DNA of 64,000 bases from Mesotaenium endlicherianum (lineage: Eukaryota): positions 16,584 to 80,583 of the forward strand of contig WELA01003228.1 in NCBI GenBank assembly GCA_009602735.1. The letters run 5' to 3'. The notes beneath the pieces are model-generated. The model saw nothing but the letters and a program-made list of their open reading frames with translations. It had not been told where the DNA came from and did no database searches. Numbering within the stretch: position 1 is the stretch's first letter; each line of letters starts with the position of its first letter. Below, in pieces: positions 13,316 to 27,978 of this stretch. The position numbers and the translations under genes are program-made.

Positions 13316-16300
13316 CTATACACCATCGGATTTAATCAGCTTCTCTAGCATGGCCTCCATAAACGTTGGATATATGCGCGTCAACGGGGGCAAAATATGC
13401 GACGGCCCACTCAAAAGGTTTCCCCAAGGCTTGCTGCTCTTCTCTCCCTCCGCTGCAAAAGAAACCTGCTCCTTCTCTCTCGATGCCTTCTTACTACTTT
13501 TTTTGGACCTACTGGGAGTCTTCCCATACATGGCTTCGAAACCAGAAGCACTGGTCTCCTCAGCTGCACTGGCTGGCTTAGAGCCAACTCCTCCCCCTTG
13601 CTCCTCCTCTCCTGCAGACTCCCCCTCTTCCTCTTCATCGCCACCCTCTGGGGCCTCGATAACGACGTACTCTCTCGACGTCGTTAAGATAACCAGGTGG
13701 CTCTCTTTCTTGCTCTCTTGCACAGGCTTAACCCCAGGCTTCTGGAGGGACCCATGTGGCGCAAAGAGCAGGGAGGCGCCCTCCGCCCTCGCCAGGTGCC
13801 AAGCTGCCACAGGCCTGGGGTCGCTGAAATTGAAGAGAATGATGTATCCGTCCGCAGCAGGCGAGGCGTGACTCGCACGCCTGTGGCCAGGCGAGTCCAT
13901 GTAGTGGTCCGGCGCTAACGACAACACCGCAAACCTCGCTGCTGAGCCATCCACGACAAGCGCGGAGACGCCCAGGCGGGACGACCACCACACGCTCATC
14001 GTCAGGAGGTTCCACACTGCCAGCGTAGGGCTCAGCCCCCCCGTGTATGTGACCAGGAAAGGCGCTGAGCTGGCAGAGGGTGCTGAGCTGGCAAAGTGGG
14101 CCCTCGAGATGGGCTGCTCCGGCAGCGCGCAGCAGGCGGATGGCAGCACGCAGAGCAGCCCGTTTGTCTCGGGGCTCCAGAGCGTCACTGCGTCGCCAGC
14201 TGTCACCGCCAGGAGCGACCCGTCAGGCGAGAAGCAGGCGGCCAGGATGGGGTCGCCGCGGTATGACCCCACAGATCGGCACCGCCAAAAGATTGACGGG
14301 CCCAGATCCTCCCCCAGCCGCTTCTTGCCGCCCGACTTCACCCACACCTTGAACTCCCCATCCAGGCTGCAGCTGACGGCCATGCTCTCAAACGGATGTG
14401 CCGAAAGCGCCGAAAGCACCCCCCCGTGAGGCTCGTCCACGCGCGTGTTGACCTGGTAAGACTGCGACGCCGGCGCGGGACCCCCCGGTCGGAGGTCCCA
14501 GAACTTGAGGGTGGTGCCGCGCCCAATGTCCTCCTCGGGGATTCTGACCTCCACAGTTGCCATGGCCGAGCCATCGTGAGAGAACGCCACGTGGCTGACA
14601 CTGACGGGCGGCTCTGCTGATGTATCGGCGCCTGAGTGGCTGGCCGGCGTGTCGGTCCGTTGCACGTAGTTACGTAACACCACCTGCAGCTCGTGCAGGC
14701 AACAGGTGGCAAAGTGCGAGGTGGACACGTCAGCAGCAATGGGTACTTCCACCAGTGGCTTTCCCTCAAGCTGGATCAGATAGTAGAGACTTTCAGCAGT
14801 ACCGCGGGCAAGCTCAAATCGATCCTTCACGTCAGACGCAGATGGCAGATGGCAGATGGCAGATGGCAGATGGCAGCCACAGGCGAGACCTCACCACATC
14901 AGTCTCTCGGATGCTCCTACAGTCCAGGCAAAGGACGCCTTCCGGAATACGACATGCAGTCGGTCGGCAGAGATTCAGCCGCCCCGGCAACACGGGCAAC
15001 ATCGCTATGGACCACACAAGCACGAGCGCATGCGTGTGCGTCATCGTGTTTGTGTGTGTATGCTTGAGCGTGCACGCCTGCGGAGTGCCCTACTCAGTGC
15101 TCGCCACACAGCGTGCTGGCCTGTTATGGGAAAGGCAAAGTGGAAAAGCCAGGAAATCCTTTCCAGCGCAGGCGCGCGCACACACACACACATACAGACA
15201 CACACACGCACGCACCTGTATGTCGCCCACGTGGCGGTTGAGGCCGAGGTCGAACAGTTGCAAGCCCGCCTGCTGAGTTGGCAGCACCAGCCGCCCCCGC
15301 CTGGGTTCCAGCACCGCGTCCGTGGGGACCACCAGCTGCTCGAGGTCATTCTGCCGCCCGCGACGCTTCTTGCTCGCGGCGGCGACACCTGACCTCACGC
15401 CCTGGATGGTGCGCTCAATCGATATGGACGCCATGTTTATAACCTTCACCGTATTATCGTCGCACTGCACAGCGTACACCGATGCGAGAGGCGAGGGGCA
15501 GAGCCCCACGAGCGCGCCGCCCAGGCGCGGGAGGTACTGGCGCGCGCCCGTCTCCAGCTGCCACATCACCAGCACTTGCTCCTGGCCACCCGACAGCAGG
15601 TACACCCCGTCCTCGCTGTACGCCAGCACGCGCACCCCGTGCGCGTGCCAGTGATAGGTCGTGCACGCCTCCGCGTTGTCCACGCCCCTCACGCCGGCCT
15701 GGTTCTCCCGCTGGTTGCCAAGAGGGTCCGCAACATACATGTTGCCACGCCGGCTCCTGCTCTCCTTCTTCGCGGCACTGGGGCCGGGGCTCGCCTCCCC
15801 GCCCGACGCGTCATCGTCCTCCCCCCCGGTCCCCATCTCCACGTCTTGCGGCTGCCCGTCCAGCCTGCCCCCCTCCCCCGGCCCTCCCTCTCCATCGCTC
15901 TGACCGCCGCTGCCAGGTGACTTGCCACCTGGCCTGCCTCCCTGCCCCTTCAGTTCCTTATTCCGGCGGTTTTTGCTCGCCCGTGCGTCCCTCCCCCAGG
16001 GGAGGTGGTGCTCCCCAAACTTGTGCCAGACCAGGATGCGTCCCGACGCGTCGCCAGCTGCCACCTCGTTCTCGTTGGGCCCGAAGGCGAGCACCCACAG
16101 AGGCTTGGTGTGGTGCAGCCTCGAGCACGGGATGGCCCCCGCAGTGTCGGGTGGCGCGCCGTCGGTGCGCCACACGTATGCCTTGTGCTTGTCAGTCTGC
16201 CCCACCAGACCCCCCTTGGGACTCACCACCAGCCGCCTCGGAGCCAGAGTCTGCCGATCCAAACCCCAGCCAAGCCCAACCCAGCCAGCCCCAATCCAGG

Positions 16301-16567
16301 ACCAAGTGTAAACAGCGGGTGGGAGTAGATCCTGAAGTCTCAACCTGAGTCCAGAGCACCTTGAGCCACAGCCCCTCCCCTGTTTTCTCCTTCCACGTGT
16401 GAGCAGCGTCCAGCGGGGGCACACTGGCCTGCCAGGATGCAGGGGAGCAGAGAGCTGTGCACGTAATCCAAAGGAGGAGAAGCGCATGCGCGCATGTGGC
16501 CCATCAGACGCATATCTGCTTGGGAAAGGATTAAGCTGCCCCCCTGCCTGCCTGCCTGCCGGCCCAC

Positions 16568-16599
<32 letters not shown>

Positions 16600-19500
16600 A
16601 GCAGCGGCAGCGGCGACAGCAGCGCCTGAACTGAGCTGACGGGCGGGAGCACAGCACCCTCTGTTACGCACGCACCCACACACAGCACGCACACACATCC
16701 AGGCAAGTCCACGCAACTCACGACTGCATCCTTCCTGCCTATCTCCGTCCCTCTCCCCCTTCCCCGCCCTGCCCCCTCCACTCACTCCAAGACGCCTCCA
16801 GCTGTCGCTTCCCCTCTCACTGTCTCTCTCAACTATTGACTTGAACTCTCAACTCTTGAACTCTCTCAACTCTTGAATGTCACAAGCGCAAGGCGGGAGG
16901 AGACACGGGAGAGGTCTGGCTGAGTACTGCTGACTGAGTGTCTGCGCACGGGGCGAGGGCAGAGCAGGTCGGGCCAGGCCCAGAAAAGTCTGAAGGGATG
17001 GAATAGGATGGGATGGGTCCCCCCATCCAGCGGCCATCGGACCGCATTAGCATCACATCAAGCCCGGGGCAGTCCACACCCCCCGCCACACGAACCAACG
17101 CACGCATGCCTGCTGTCATGCTCAAGTGCACACAGGCGCGCAGAGAGGGAGTACCAGAGAAGAGGGGAAGAGGGAGAGGGTACCAGAAAGAGAGAGGGAG
17201 AGAGAGAGTGTGTGTGAGGGAGAGAGAGAGAGGCACACATGACACACGCACGGACATTACATGTGCACATTTGCCAGCCTTCGGGCACTGGGAGGCAGCA
17301 GCAGCGGGTGTACCTTGGAGAGGTGGCCCTTGATGCGCTGCCCGTTGATGAGGTTCACGACAATGACGCGCCCGCTCTGCTCCACGCCCCCCTCCTTTGC
17401 GCTGCCCTTGGTCCACCAGACGGAGAGGTAGGCCAACAGGTGGCGCGCCTGCTCGCCGCCATCTGGCGATTCCTGCCTCAGCGCAGGCAGAGCCTGCACC
17501 AGGCGGCACAAACAGATCCAGGTCTCTTTCAGTGGAGGGGGCGGGCAGGCGGGCTGGCACGAGACAAGAAAACCTCCCCAGTTCTCTCAAGACACCTCCC
17601 CTCTCTCTCTTGCTCTCTGTCTCCCCCTGCTTCACTCCGCGGGACGAGGAGAGCGGCTGCTCTCTTCTCGCCCCTGCGGTCCTCCACGCGACGAGGAGCA
17701 TAACCAGGCCCCTGAACTTGGTGACGACGCGTCGCAGGGACCTCCCTGTTCCCGGTTGCATGAAGGAAGAGTGCAAGGGAGGGGGCCGGGCTCAACAAGA
17801 GTGTGGCATGGAGCCTCTCCCAGCTGGTTGAGGAGGCAAAACTCAAGCAGGCCGATCTCGCAGAAGAGACGGCCTGCTCCTCGACGCACATTCTCATCCG
17901 AGGGAGTCTACAGAGACCACCTTGGAGGGAGCACTTTCGCTCATCCAGCAAGTCCATGGATGGCGCCGACGTTGGCTACGCCCTCACCTCAGGTGTGTCT
18001 TTCCTGCGCCGGGTTCTGAATGCCCCCAGAATCCTGGACCCCAACCCTGAGCCACCAGCAGGAGCACAAGGGGGGACCACGTGCATGCCCGCTTTCCTTT
18101 CCAGATCGCAGAGGTGCACCCAAACCCTCGCTCGTAGAGCTGAAAACGTTGGCATATGGGGCTGCATCCCAAAGGGCACTGTGGGCAGACGTTTTGGGGC
18201 AGAGGAAGACGATGGTGGTGGAGGGGAGGGGGGTGAAGGGGGAGGGAGGTGGNNNNNNNNNNNNNNNNNNNNNNNNNNNNNNNNNNNNNNNNNNNNNNNN
18301 NNNNNNNNNNNNNNNNNNNNNNNNNNNNNNNNNNNNNNNNNNNNNNNNNNNNNNNNNNNNNNNNNNNNNNNNNNNNNNNNNNNNNNNNNNNNNNNNNNNN
18401 NNNNNNNNNNNNNNNNNNNNNNNNNNNNNNNNNNNNNNNNNNNNNNNNNNNNNNNNNNNNNNNNNNNNNNNNNNNNNNNNNNNNNNNNNNNNNNNNNNNN
18501 NNNNNNNNNNNNNNNNNNNNNNNNNNNNNNNNNNNNNNNNNNNNNNNNNNNNNNNNNNNNNNNNNNNNNNNNNNNNNNNNNNNNNNNNNNNNNNNNNNNN
18601 NNNNNNNNNNNNNNNNNNNNNNNNNNNNNNNNNNNNNNNNNNNNNNNNNNNNNNNNNNNNNNNNNNNNNNNNNNNNNNNNNNNNNNNNNNNNNNNNNNNN
18701 NNNNNNNNNNNNNNNNNNNNNNNNNNNNNNNNNNNNNNNNNNNNNNNNNNNNNNNNNNNNNNNNNNNNNNNNNNNNNNNNNNNNNNNNNNNNNNNNNNNN
18801 AAGGGGGAGGGAGGTGGAGGGGGGGGGAGAGGGATAGAGGTAGTGAGCAACAGAGGGAGGGAGCAAAGGGGGGGAAATGAGAGCGGCTAATCTGATACTG
18901 GTGGAGAAGGGCCAGGGGTGCAGGGGGGGAAGGAGTGAGCGAAAAGTGACTGCTGACCATGGACTCGATGCGGAAGCCGATGCTGACTGTGCGCATGAGC
19001 GCACACGTGGCGTAGTCCCACAGGCGCACGGTGCCGTCCAGCGAGGCCGTCCAGCAGTGATGCACCGCCACCTTGGCAGCGCTGCTGGCAAACCCCATGG
19101 CGACAACTGTCGTCACCAGGTCCTTGTGCCCCCTCAGCACGCCCACCTGCCAGCAGCACAGAGCCGACGTGTCAGTTCCGACAAAGCTTGCGGTCTCCCT
19201 ACCTGCTGCTGACACCTGCCTGATCAGAGACTCTGAAGAGTCCAACAGCAGACATGTAAGCAAATGGATCTCTGCTGGGACCAAAGTCCTGGCCTCGGGT
19301 CCCTTAAGGAGGGCAGGCACCCAGTGCATCCCTTGGCCTGCTCTTCCATTCCATGTCTGAGGCGCATGCCTTTGAGATAGGGACACGGCATTACACAAAG
19401 GCAGGGAGCAGCAGTGGACTGCCAGGACTTCCTGCCCCTCCTTCACCACTGTGGCAACTTCCCTCTGGCTGAACTTCCAGCCCTTCTGGCCCTTTCAGCC

Positions 19501-20105
19501 CTCTTCCGCTCTTTTCGGCCCTTTCAGTCCTTTCGGCAAGCAGCTCTAGAGATAACCCAGGATACGCCTGGGCAGAACCAGAGAGGAGCTGCCACAAGGA
19601 CGCCCTTGCAGTCTGAGGCACCGCGAGGGCATCCCCAGTGTGACACGTCTGCAATGAGGTTGCATGACGGAGGCTACTTGCCAAATCCCCACAATCCCTC
19701 AGCCCTGCATACAGTCTCGACCAAATCCCGGTTTTGGGTGGCAGCAGCAGCACACAATGCATAGGGGAATTAACCATATGTGAACCCATATAATGTCACC
19801 CTGTCTGGAAGGGAGGCATCACGAGCTGATGACGCTGCCATTTGCTATCCGTCAGTCTTTCACATCAGTCCCTCTTATTCATACTGGAGAGCTTCCTTTG
19901 ATGACATGCAGGTGTGACAAAATATATAAGCAAGTATAGCGTTTGATACATCCTACATGACATACAGCAAAGAGATCACTCTTACCTGCTCCCCAGTAGC
20001 GACACTGAAAATGAGGACATTCTTTCCTGAGCAGCACAAAATACGTTTTCCATCGGGTGTGTACTCCACTGGTCTCTCGACGAGTTTCCCGCCACCTTCC
20101 CACAT
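13316..20105 (-). CDS. WDR75: WD40-repeat protein WDR75/UTP17 (NAN1), SSU processome component, about 963 aa
   Basis: Exons 20105-19986, 19146-18958, 17493-17314, 16250-15216, 14683-13316, all phase 0; extra exons could lie in the gap. Motifs WTASLDGTVRLWD, YHWHAHGV...LLSGGQEQVLVMWQLETGARQYLPRLG, LKFWD...VNTRVDEPH, and C-terminal GPSHILPPL. Confidence 0.88.
14838..14876 (+). repeat. (GCAGATG)x5 tandem repeat in a WDR75 intron
   Basis: 7-bp unit repeated about five times. Confidence 0.85.
18253..18800. other. assembly gap (N run)
   Basis: Run of n flanked by G/A-rich sequence. Confidence 1.
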
Positions 20106-21195
20106 GCTGCTAGGCCCAGGTCCAATGATTCACATGAATGGATAGACTAAGTGAAAACAATGCTACGACAAGTGTTCAGGTCCTTCGTCTTGTCTTATCG
20201 ACAGCATTTTCTCCTCATCTCAAATTACAGAGCAAGTAGATGGAGCGGATGCCCTTTTTAGTCAACACCTTCTTGTTAGCTACATCCGACTAGCTCAGTC
20301 AATCAAATACAGAGCTTGTCAACACTCCCTCCCATTCCGTGACAACGATAGTCACGAGGCATTAAGAGGCGAAGTTCGCTTCTACTAGCAGTGTTGGCTT
20401 CAGTTGGCCTCAACTAGCATTTTCTTTATCAACTTTGCGTACTACAAATTTGAAGAGGCACCATGCACGGTCCGTCGCGCGCTGGCCAACAGGACTCCCA
20501 TCTCATGGCAGGCAATTGGGGTACAAGGTTCACTGAGGTTGAACTTCAGACTGAGGTCCACAAAGCCCCGTACCCCTCACATAATGAGAAAGGTTTTAGA
20601 GGGGCATAGAGGGGCGAAATCGTACGGAAAGAATATGAAAATGGAGCTGCTCGTTCTGGCGGTTTGTGGCGGTTAAAATTGGACCGCCTTACCGTACACA
20701 TGATTACAGTCCTATTGACGGTGTTGGTTTTGGTTGGTTTGCACCAGTTTGCACTGGTGTGATTGGGTGTGATCGAGCCAGTGTGAGCACCTGGTGAGCA
20801 CTGAGCACCGAGCGGAGAGCTTGGAAAGTTGTGCATCCGTGTACTTGCTGCAGCTGACGAAAGAAGCGTGGGAATTTTGGGAAAGTCCCTTGTTTTAACT
20901 AGTTTTAACACTCGAAAAGTGCGTGACTTCGTGAAAGTATGATATTCATTGAAAATATGTTGCCCTGAACTTTCACGACGCTCGTATGAAAGCCACAATA
21001 CGGTCAAGTAGCTACAGAACCATCGACATCAATGTTGGATAATTGTTTGAAGGAAAGCGGGCCCCTGTCGATCACCCTCAAGCACCTTCTTTGAATCACC
21101 CAGCTCCACCCATGCAGTTCAGCTCAAGTTAGGAGTGGTGACTCGTGGTGAGGGGCCCCCAAGCACCTCTCTCTGTCGGAGAGCTAGAAGCAGCC

Positions 21196-23870
21196 ATGGC
21201 TGCGCTCGGTATGTGTCATTCGTCACTCGTGTTTCAAAATTCTGCATCTAAGCAATCTCTCATAGTTTTGGGCGAAAAGAGGCTGTCCAGTAACTCTTTT
21301 TCGAGGGTGACTTGCACGACGGGAAAAGGAGCAAGCTTCACAGGTCAGTCGTCATTATTCATCCGTGTAAGCGATGGTAAAAGTTCCGGTCGGCCCTTGA
21401 TTGGAGACCAGGGTGTAAGGAGTATCCTACCTGAAGGATTTGCTCGAGGCACAAATCTTAATACGGGCAGGCTGAATACCAGACCCGCTATACAGAGCTC
21501 TCAGGGAGAAGCAGCAACCTCTGACGAATTAAAGCCTACGCTAAACGGTTCCCTTGCCGAGCGCATACCAGCTTTAGTGGGTGAAGATGCTGCTGTGTTC
21601 GACTCTTCCAGTCAAAGCACGACGTCCTGGGTCTACTTTACTATGGTGCTTGGTGTAGTACTGGGAATACTGTACTATATTTGGCTTGACCCAAACACTG
21701 GTTATGGAGGTGCTTTCATTGACGCATTCAATGGAGTTACGGACAATCACGAGGTCAGTTTGAAGGAGCTATATATTTCACTGTTGGGTTACTTCTTGTT
21801 GCCACATAGTGAAGCATTTGGAATGTAAGAAAACGAGTCAGCTTATCATTGGGAATGTCACATGCTGAACTGTTCCTCCGTTTCTAAGTGGCTAAATTGG
21901 AAATGAGCATTCCAGACATCATCGCCAGGAGCCTTCATACGTATATGTTTGAGGTTAGAAGTGTGGTTGAATGCATCTATGGCATGTGCTATCACTTCAT
22001 GCCAGCCTTTGTCTGTTTCCTGGACGAACTTCAGTGGTCTTAATTTGCAGTGAAAGTTGAAGGCCCATGCAGATATTGGAGAGACATGGGGGTAGCAAGC
22101 GCTGTGCTTTTATTTTTGGCAGAGCTCTATCGAGGCATCTAGAAACGGATTGTGTGTGATTACAGTTCTTCGAAATAATATATATTTCATAATCTGGCCC
22201 ACCCTCTATGGCTTCGTACGACAAGTCATGTAGGACACTTATGCTGAAGCAAGCACTAAGCATAGCTTTATTATGCATCTGGATAACAGAATATACGTGG
22301 ATTGAGTTTTTTCTGGTACAAATTTATCTAGGTTGGCACTAGGAAGCAGCCGGAAAGTGGTATGCATGTAAAGGATGACAAAAAGGTCATGCACACATTC
22401 TGACGAATGAATGTGGCACATCACTGCAGTCATCGTGCCGTAACACTTGGCCCTGTTGTCCTGATTTACCCCATGGCAGCTGGTCATGGTCGGCATCCTG
22501 CTGGTATTTGCAATTGTGCACAGCGGAGGAGCTGCGCTGAGGTCAAGAGCTGAGAAGGTGATTGGAGAGCGTGCATACCGAGTCCTTTTTGCAGGCCTCT
22601 CCCTCCCTTTGGCCGTCTCTGCAGTGGTGAGCTAAGACACCTTCTTTCATCAAGCTTTGAGCCTCCTTGCTTCTCCATTCTTCCACTTCATTCAGTCGGC
22701 AGTTGTTGGTTCTTCTCTTCTGGATTGCACCTCAGACTCCCAGTTGGCAATATAGTGAACTGCAAGTGTCTAACATCGTGACGTTTCTGGAAGGGTTGGT
22801 TGGCAAAGCCTGCAGGACATGGGTTGAATTTCAAGCGCTAGTAGATTCTATGTGTTCACAATCTCTTTCTCCTGCTGTCTTAAGACCAGATCACTACTTT
22901 TTTGAGTGGTCAGTAGAGTCAGGTCATTCTATGCCAAGGGCCCAGTGTTGTGTTCTTTTTTCAGTTCTTCTCTCAAAAGCGTATTGTGGTCCCTGCATTG
23001 ACAGGTGTACTTCATCAACCACAGGTATGACGGCGTGCAGCTGTGGCAACTCAGGACGGTGCCGGGTGTTCACGAGCTTGCCTGGATACTGTCCTTCATA
23101 TCCTTCTTCTTTCTCTATCCCTCAACGTTCAACCTGCTGGAGGTAGCAGCAGTTGATAAGCCCAAAGTGCACATGTGGGAGACAGGAATCATGCGCATTA
23201 CTCGACACCCTCAGGTGCGCTGACCCTCTCTTGCCACAAAGTGGTCACTGTGTGGCGCCTTTTCTCCTTCTATTGAATGGATCGTGTGTTGTTTCCTAAC
23301 TATTTTCCAGTCCACAAATTAAATGCAATGTTTGGATGTCCCTGCGCACGCATGGGCCACGCGAGGTAGTATCAGGCAGTTTGTCTTTCAGTTGATGTCT
23401 TGCTTGAGCATAAAAGGTAACTCTGCTGTGACTTTCTACCTGCCTTCTGTTTCATTTGGCTTCATCCATATGAGTGGGCTTTATGTGTACCTCACCTGCT
23501 TGTTTAAGTTCATTTTATCTGTTTTGACTCGCAGATGGCGGGCATGGTGATATGGGCTTTAGCTCATGCAATGTGGATCGGCAATTCCTTCACCCTGACA
23601 ACCTGTATAGCCCTCTCAGCACATCATGCTTTTGGCGTCTGGCATGGTGACCAGCGATTATCAGCTAAATATGGAGAGGCTTTTGATGCCGTCAAAGATC
23701 GTACTAGTATCATTCCGTTTGCAGCCATTGTAGAGGGGAGGCAAAAGTTACCTGCAGATTATTACAAAGAATTCATGAGGGTACCTTATTATGCTATAGT
23801 GGGTGTTACATTAGGAGCTTACTTCTCCCATTCGTTGATGCAGAATGCAAGCCACTGGCTTCATTGGTGA
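21196..23870 (+). CDS. Z-ISO: 15-cis-zeta-carotene isomerase, chloroplastic (NnrU family), 416 aa
   Basis: Exons 21196-21753, 22480-22626, 23005-23214, 23535-23870, all phase 0. Motifs [75 protein letters not shown]. Confidence 0.96.
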
Positions 23871-25080
23871 GAGACAAATTGCACCAATTCTTTTTTGCAG
23901 GTACTCCTTGCCGCATGTGATATTTAAGAACTGTCAGAAGCACACCATCTACTCTATTGTAGTTGAGTATCAGCTCGGCAATTTCATATTACATAGCATC
24001 CATTCAATGGAAATTTCACCATTTGACTAGTGTGGCACAATAGACATCACGAACGGCATTCACGAAATATGAAGGTATCTTTGTTTGGTGACATGGTGGT
24101 TGATTACTTGCTTTACACAAGAAAAAGCACCACATACATGGAACATTTGGATAAGAAAATGTCTACATGTACAAAGTCAGATATAAATTCTCTGCAATGC
24201 TGGGCAGAACTAGCTGAACTGGTACCAGCCTCGTAGAACGCAGTCTTCGGCATGCACCTTGGAAGGCCGATGTCATTTACATGCATGTCCTTGAACCTTT
24301 GCCCACAGATGCGCACAGTAAGAGTAAAGAGTTTCTAAAATATGTACCTAACCAATAGCAACTACTGTCCTCGTACCCGTATGCTAGCTGACGAATGCAA
24401 TCAGGCCAAGAAAATCATTGCAGTCGTGCAGTTCAAGAAAGTCTTATGCCCGAACTCTTTACCACAAGTTTCCAAGCTTCAACTGTCATCAAGGAGTACA
24501 TGCCATCTCAATTCCCCAGCTCGAAGGACTAATGGAAAAGAAATGAAGCTGGGCTGGTAATGTTTAAAGCACATGCAGTGACTGGATAATGCATTAGCAT
24601 TAACGTAATGCTGCAGTAATACTTAGAGAGGAATACTGATCACTTAGAAAATGGGATGCAGAACCTGACCTGTGTTCATTTGAACATTCACAGTTTGTCA
24701 GCAAGCATTAAGAAAGAAGTAGATTCACAACGACACCTGGTACCTCTAAATGGGTACGCGTTTACAGCAACCAAAGAAGACACGGGGGAAGGTCATTGTG
24801 TAAGATGGTTGTTTCAGCAAGTTGGGAGGATGGAGAGTACAGATATGCACTACAATTTATCCTACATGTAAATGTGAGTCATGATAGTCATGACATACAA
24901 AATCAGAGCCATAATAATGGCCAACTAAGAGATATTTCACACGATATTAATTCTTTACTCATGTATACACATGGAGTCACCTGCAAATAGACCCCCTTCG
25001 CAACTACAAGCCACTGTCCCACTTATCCATGAAATATGACATCTCATAAGGGCTTCTCCTTTACACCTAGCCTACTGCAC

Positions 25081-25810
25081 TTAGACCTCCACAACTTCAT
25101 CAATGGCGTAGTTGTTTGTGGAGACCCCAGCATAGTTGACCTTCTCGAACCTCACAACCACGGGGTACCGGATGCCGGTCTGCAACACAAAACAAGGATA
25201 ACATGACTCAGTAAAACAGTCACAAAAACAACTCGCACAAATCACGGTCTTACGGGCACTTAAGACAGATTTCAAGGGGCATTGACACTGACCTGGTCGA
25301 CAGACACCACCTTTCCTGTGCCGTTGTACCAGTATGACTCTGGTCGGAGGATCTTCACCTGCATATAGCAGCCATACACAGCGGAAGAGTGGTCAGTGAA
25401 GCTGTATGTTGCAGGAGTAAGCCACCCTGAAGGACGAGGATGGCGGGAAGTGAGTGTAAGCTAGCAGCTAAGTCATTTCTGCGAACATCAACCACACTGC
25501 CAGGAACCCGGTCTTTGGAGAACATTCTAGCCACTGCAAAGATTCTAAGTATTTCAAATGAAGACGCTACTAAATGAGAGACGGGCATTACAGTGGATCC
25601 ACGCTTGGGTCCAACAGGTGCTGGCTTCTCAGCAGCGGGGGCAGCTGCGGGAGCCTCCTCTGCGGCACGCACTACCAGCCTGACGCTACGCCTCATGCTA
25701 AGAGCGGGTCTACATTGGACGCGGCTAGGGGCAATGCACTGTGAGGCAGCTGCAACGCAGGCAGCTGATGAGATAACGCCAACGGCAGAAGAAGCAGCTA
25801 TGGCAGCCAT
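25081..25810 (-). CDS. psaE: photosystem I reaction centre subunit IV precursor, 127 aa
   Basis: Exons 25810-25592, 25358-25293, 25179-25081. Ala/Ser-rich transit peptide, then [29 protein letters not shown] and [26 protein letters not shown]. Confidence 0.97.
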
Positions 25811-27978
25811 TGCGATTAGGATACAAGAGACGAACTGCGAAAGCTGTCTCGAGGTGAGGCGGAAGGAGTGAAGCTGAGATGGCAAGGGAGCAGTGAGAAG
25901 GCGTGGTAGAGACGAGGGTAACGTCTGCTTCAAAGGCAAGCTAGAGGAGCATGTCACCTTTTTTTTCCCCGGGATGCAAGCGGCTCCCTGTTGGCGCTCC
26001 CTTATCTGAATGTCGAGAGCCGATAGCCATGTCATTGGCGGAAAGGATACGCCTCAGCCTACAGGCAAGTTCGTTTTCCTGCTCGTTCATTGGTCAGTTT
26101 AGTACCTTTTTCCGCTCATAATATTTTTGGATTGTATACTTACCAGATTTTCCGGCATATTTGTACCTGGTCACCTTTGAACGTCGATCTAGAAACTTCT
26201 GGCCTCAGTGAGTCGTCGATGGGTCCGCGTCAGTTCCCGTAGTCATAAGATGGATTGAAAAGGTGAAGGCGGAGGCTGGCGGAAGTGGGCGGAAGCAGGC
26301 GGAAGAATACGCTTTCTCCAAGGACCAGGCTCAAATGAGCGGCCACCTCGCTTTAGCGGCATCTCTGGAAAGCACAAACCCGTCGCTATTTCTGGAAGTC
26401 GCTGTCGTGAAACATGCTCTGTAATCCACAGCAGATTTTGGATCTGGCACCCTTCTGACGGTGTTCGTGTAACAGTCGTATTTGAGAACGAAGAGAACTG
26501 ATACCAAAGGATGTGCGATCACCAAACATGTACGATCTTTTCCTCGTTCTCTCACGTAGCCCACCTCATAGCAACGGTTGCCAAAACCGGAGCGGGAGAG
26601 CGCATGTTAAGGATATTGCAGAGAGCAGGGCTCCCTTCATCGAAACGACGTTATTTATTCGGCTTGATCGCCGCCAATGCGAGGAACGGCTTTACAACTT
26701 TGGCCAGCTAGCTTGAAGTGCATGTGTGACACGCATGAGGATGTTCACTTTTGGGTCCTCACGGTATTTTTCATGAAGTTTCAGTAGTTGCTAAGGACTA
26801 AATTTGTTTAAATTTAAAACAGAAATGGCGTCGTTATGTTCTCCTAGTCGCTATAAGCACCTCTTGTCAGTGGTTCGCCCAACAGCTTATCTTGTGTTGA
26901 GATGGTGTAATTACCCGGCCTTTGATTCTGGTCATGCTGACTTATTGTTATCACAACACCTTGAAAGTAATTGGGCACTGGTCTAGTGTTGTAATCGTAC
27001 TGAGAGACCGTTTGCCCTCTTCTCAAGGTAGGTCCAGACAGACACCAACTGCCTCCGGAGTGGTGTGGAGCTCTGTGGTCAATTCTTCTTGTTACGAAAA
27101 TGTGAGGTCCAATTGATGTTGTTAGACATACAAGGACTGCCACTTCCATGCTGTGTATCATGTTTTCTCAAAAACGTAACTGTGTTTGATGGCAAGCCGA
27201 GAAGCTATTCCTTACAGACGTCGATGTAAAAATTTCAGTCCAACTAAGTAGGTGTATGTCACCTGCCTCCTCAAACGACTGGCCTCCATGCCCATGTTCT
27301 TATTGTGGCCTGGTAAACCCTCACATACAGGAACCAACAACGTCCTTGTGATCGTCCCTCGTGTGGTGATCACAGGTAAGAAGCTAGAGTGGTTTATTTC
27401 AGCTGAGGTTAAATCACTGAAGATGGACGCCCTCCCTATTCTACACCCTCTCAATCTGTGTTGCTCTACTCATGGCAACTTCCCTTAACGGTTTTTAGAC
27501 CCTAATAAGACCTCACCCCTCCCAGCCGTGTAAGAACCACTACTCAAGTTAGCAGGTGTAGGTGACCTTCCTCATGCGCGGTAGTACATATTCACTGTGA
27601 GTATTGCAAGTGCTTCTCACGCGGTGTCACAAAGCCCATGAGCCGTGATTTTTGCATTCACAAATTCTACTTGAATCACTTTCCTTGCCAGCTTGCTGAG
27701 GATGGCATGATTCTTTTGCTTCTAGTTTTTGAATGATAAAAGCTGGTAGCTTCTGAGGACCCTCTATATCAGGAAAGAGACTGGAACGTACTGCACAATA
27801 GCCCTAGGGATGCACGCCATTCACAGAACAGGAGCAAACGAGAAAAAGAGGACAGAAGAAGCAGCACACAGCCTATTATGTAACGTAAGACATGTACAGG
27901 CATGGCAGTAGCCATGGATCACCCTAGAGCTATTAACATTGGGAATATACCTGGCGAACAATGTCAGCACATCCCCTC

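Noticed and set aside
13350..16785. Many overlapping alternative-frame and antisense ORFs over WDR75 (likewise over SUD1 and pol)
   Set aside because: Expected from high GC and codon bias of the real CDS; no recognisable motifs.
21196..25810. Functional photosynthesis gene cluster (Z-ISO plus psaE)
   Set aside because: Convergent neighbours among unrelated housekeeping genes; chance adjacency is enough to explain it.
26268..27120. GGCGGA(A)G x4 motif and weak transposase-like fragments upstream of psaE
   Set aside because: Too degenerate to distinguish a promoter motif from a TE remnant; no TIR or TSD found.
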